This document shows positions 61,907 through 64,000 of a stretch of DNA of 64,000 nt, piece by piece. Every line of letters begins with the position of its first letter. Position 1 is the first letter of the stretch. Origin of the DNA: an uncultured delta proteobacterium (GTDB lineage: Bacteria; Desulfobacterota; BSN033; UBA1163). A program made the translations under genes and the position numbers. The stretch covers positions 416,001 through 480,000 of the forward strand of contig CAWHBU010000006.1 in NCBI GenBank assembly GCA_963827685.1, written 5' to 3'. The notes under the pieces are model-generated. The model was not told the DNA's origin and made no database searches. It saw only the letters and a program-made list of their open reading frames with translations.

Positions 61907-63325
61907 TCAGGAAGTCTCTTGCTGTCCTCCAACCACCAACTCCGGAATTCTCAGAGTGGGTTGGGCATCGGAGACCGGAACCCCTTGGCCATCCTTCCCA
62001 CAGGTCCCGATCCCATACCCGAGATCACTGCCGACCATATCGATATCTTTCAGCACCTGGGGTCCGTTGCCAATAAGGACGGCTCCGCGGACCGATTCTC
62101 CGACACTTCCTTTTTCAATCAAATAACCCTCACTGACTTCAAAGATAAAATCACCATTGACGGTATTGACTTGCCCACCGCCCATCTTCTTCACAAACAA
62201 TCCCTTTTCTACAGAATGAACAATCTCTTCGGGCCGCATCTTCCCCGGAAGGATCATCGTGTTGCTCATCCTGGGAATCGGTTTATGCTGATAGGACTCT
62301 CTTCTTCCATTTCCACTCGATTCCACCCCGTCTTCAAAGGCGGATAGCCGATCATAAAGATATCCTCTCAAGATTCCCTGCTCCACCAGGATCGTTCTTC
62401 GAGAAGGGACCCCTTCATCATCAAAGGCATAGGACCCTCTTCTTTGAGGAAGGGTGGGATCATCTACTACAGTGATCAGAGAAGAAGCAACCTTTTCCCC
62501 AATTTTCTTAGAATACACAGAGAGCCCTTGCTGGGCGAGATCTGCCTCCAATCCATGGCCAATGGCTTCATGGATCATCGTTCCTCCTGCTTCGCTCGAT
62601 AAGACCACCGCCATTCTTCCCATCGGTGCTTTTCTGGCCGAAAGCATGAGAAGAGCTCTCTTTGTGGCCACCTCAGCCACTTCCTCGGGAGGATGAAGAT
62701 CAAAGAGCTCAAAACCCACCGTTCCTCCTGCCGGTTCATATCCGGTCTGGACAACATCCCCTTTCGCAGAAACGACCTGTACGGAGAAAATGGTCCCCAC
62801 CCTTTCCCCTTCTGTCAAAATCCTCTCTGAATTTGAAATAGTAAGCTTTTGATGGACATCCCGATAGAGAACTTTCACCTGCTGAATGTGGGGGTCCAGT
62901 CTCCGGGCCACTTCATTGGCTCGTTTCACCACTGAAACCCTCTCTCCCATGGAGAGCCTCTCAGGATGTTTCTGAATGGGATAAAGGGATTTGGAAATCG
63001 GAAGAGACGAAAGTGCGGCCCGAGGTGGCTCGGAAAAACGATTTATCCTTCCCTCTCCACCTTCTTTCGCAGACCGACTTATCCGTTTAGCTAAATCGAG
63101 GAGAGATTCTTTTGAGATCTCTGTTGTAAAACCATAAAATGTTTTTCCACCAAAGAGAACTCGAAGTCCCACCCCCATATCCAGACCTGAGATGACCTTC
63201 TCGATACGATCTTCTTCACAGAGGATCACCACCGAATGGGTCTGTTCAAAAAAGAGGTCTGCAAACTCCCCTCCTCCCTTTAGAGTTTCTTTCAGTATCT
63301 TCTCGTATGGAATCCCCTCTATCAA
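61907..63325 (-). CDS. tldD: TldD metalloprotease
   Basis: HEAIGHGLEAD, DDEG, GNGRRESY, PRMSNT, CGKDGQGVPV; TTG start inferred. Confidence 0.93.
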   Translation of the reverse strand: MIEGIPYEKILKETLKGGGEFADLFFEQTHSVVILCEEDRIEKVISGLDMGVGLRVLFGGKTFYGFTTEISKESLLDLAKRISRSAKEGGEGRINRFSEPPRAALSSLPISKSLYPIQKHPERLSMGERVSVVKRANEVARRLDPHIQQVKVLYRDVHQKLTISNSERILTEGERVGTIFSVQVVSAKGDVVQTGYEPAGGTVGFELFDLHPPEEVAEVATKRALLMLSARKAPMGRMAVVLSSEAGGTMIHEAIGHGLEADLAQQGLSVYSKKIGEKVASSLITVVDDPTLPQRRGSYAFDDEGVPSRRTILVEQGILRGYLYDRLSAFEDGVESSGNGRRESYQHKPIPRMSNTMILPGKMRPEEIVHSVEKGLFVKKMGGGQVNTVNGDFIFEVSEGYLIEKGSVGESVRGAVLIGNGPQVLKDIDMVGSDLGYGIGTCGKDGQGVPVSDAQPTLRIPELVVGGQQETS

Positions 63326-63563
63326 TTTCCCTCTCCGCGCGAATTTAGGAATGTCAAATGCCAAAGTTCGCACAAAGTGATGAACCAAAGGTGAATCAAT
63401 GTCAATTCAAATCCAAAGTCCAAATGAGATGCCGAAATAAATTCGGCATGAGGTGAATGTCATTCTGAACTTGTTTCAGGATCAGGGTCTTCGATTTCAG
63501 AATCCAATTTCGCCAGTTCAATAATGAAGTGCAACACTTAGGGTGACGTAGTATCCTAAGTAT

Positions 63564-64000
63564 ATGGAAAAGCTAAACTATCAACATCTCTCCAGTGAAG
63601 AGAGAGACAAAATTGCATATCTTCACGCACGAGGTAAAAGCATCTCGGAGATAGCCGAGAGTATCGGGCGAAACAAAGGTTCCATTTCACGAGAACTCAA
63701 GCGTAACCGATCGCCCATCTACAACGTTTACTTGGCCAATAGGGCCCATGAAAGAGCCGTTAAACGAAAACATGAATCCGTCCAACGACAGCGAATACGC
63801 AATCCTTTGATCCGTAGGTATATCATGAAAAAGCTCAAGCTCAAATGGTCTCCCGAACTGATTTCAGGAAGACTTTCTTTAGAATATCCAGACCTTCGTA
63901 TCAGCCATGAGGCCATTTATCAATTCATCTATGATAAATCGATCCCTACGAAGCAGAACCTGGTGCCCTATCTGACTCGGGCTCACAAGCGCCGTAGACT
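63564..64000 (+). mobile_element. IS30-family transposase (truncated by window end)
   Basis: MEKLNYQHLSSEERDKI..GRNKGSISRELKRN..WSPELISGRL..ISHEAIYQFIY; left-end-like GTGCAACA near 63530. Confidence 0.9.

Overview
This is a 64 kb chromosomal segment from an anaerobic Gram-negative bacterium. Gene content and repeat style suggest Desulfobacterota/Deltaproteobacteria, which is an inference. Left to right: (1) a divergent argG-like gene; (2) a decaying four-cassette integron array with no integrase in view, whose attC sites are hit by an IS1182 remnant, a deletion and a MITE; (3) a ~19 kb lipid-tailoring cluster with five cobalamin-binding radical SAM genes, a SPASM-type radical SAM, a three-gene split PlsA/Ger-like reductase module, ACP, an atypical FabD, FabG, thioesterase, LpxL-type acyltransferase, GT2 and a frameshifted ATP-grasp, but no ketosynthase; (4) radC, tatC, tatA/B and a liv ABC operon; (5) a frameshifted six-PAS hybrid kinase, an IS200 and a solitary PIN cassette; (6) a TPP-riboswitch thi4-thiDN-(four-helix bundle)-thiC operon; (7) a membrane pyrophosphatase; (8) the ffh-rpsP-khpA-rimM-trmD-rplS-rnhB-yraN block; (9) a BamD-LptA fusion, dapL and a CNNM/CorC gene; (10) an AT-rich TIGR04255-led three-gene islet; (11) DUF4398/OmpA, tldD and an IS30 cut by the window edge. 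Intergenic DNA is rich in REP-like palindromes (often nested) and inverted heptamer arrays. The best candidates for an undescribed system are the lipid cluster, the TIGR04255 triad and the heptamer/four-helix-bundle element. All family calls come from motif recognition by eye; no searches were run.
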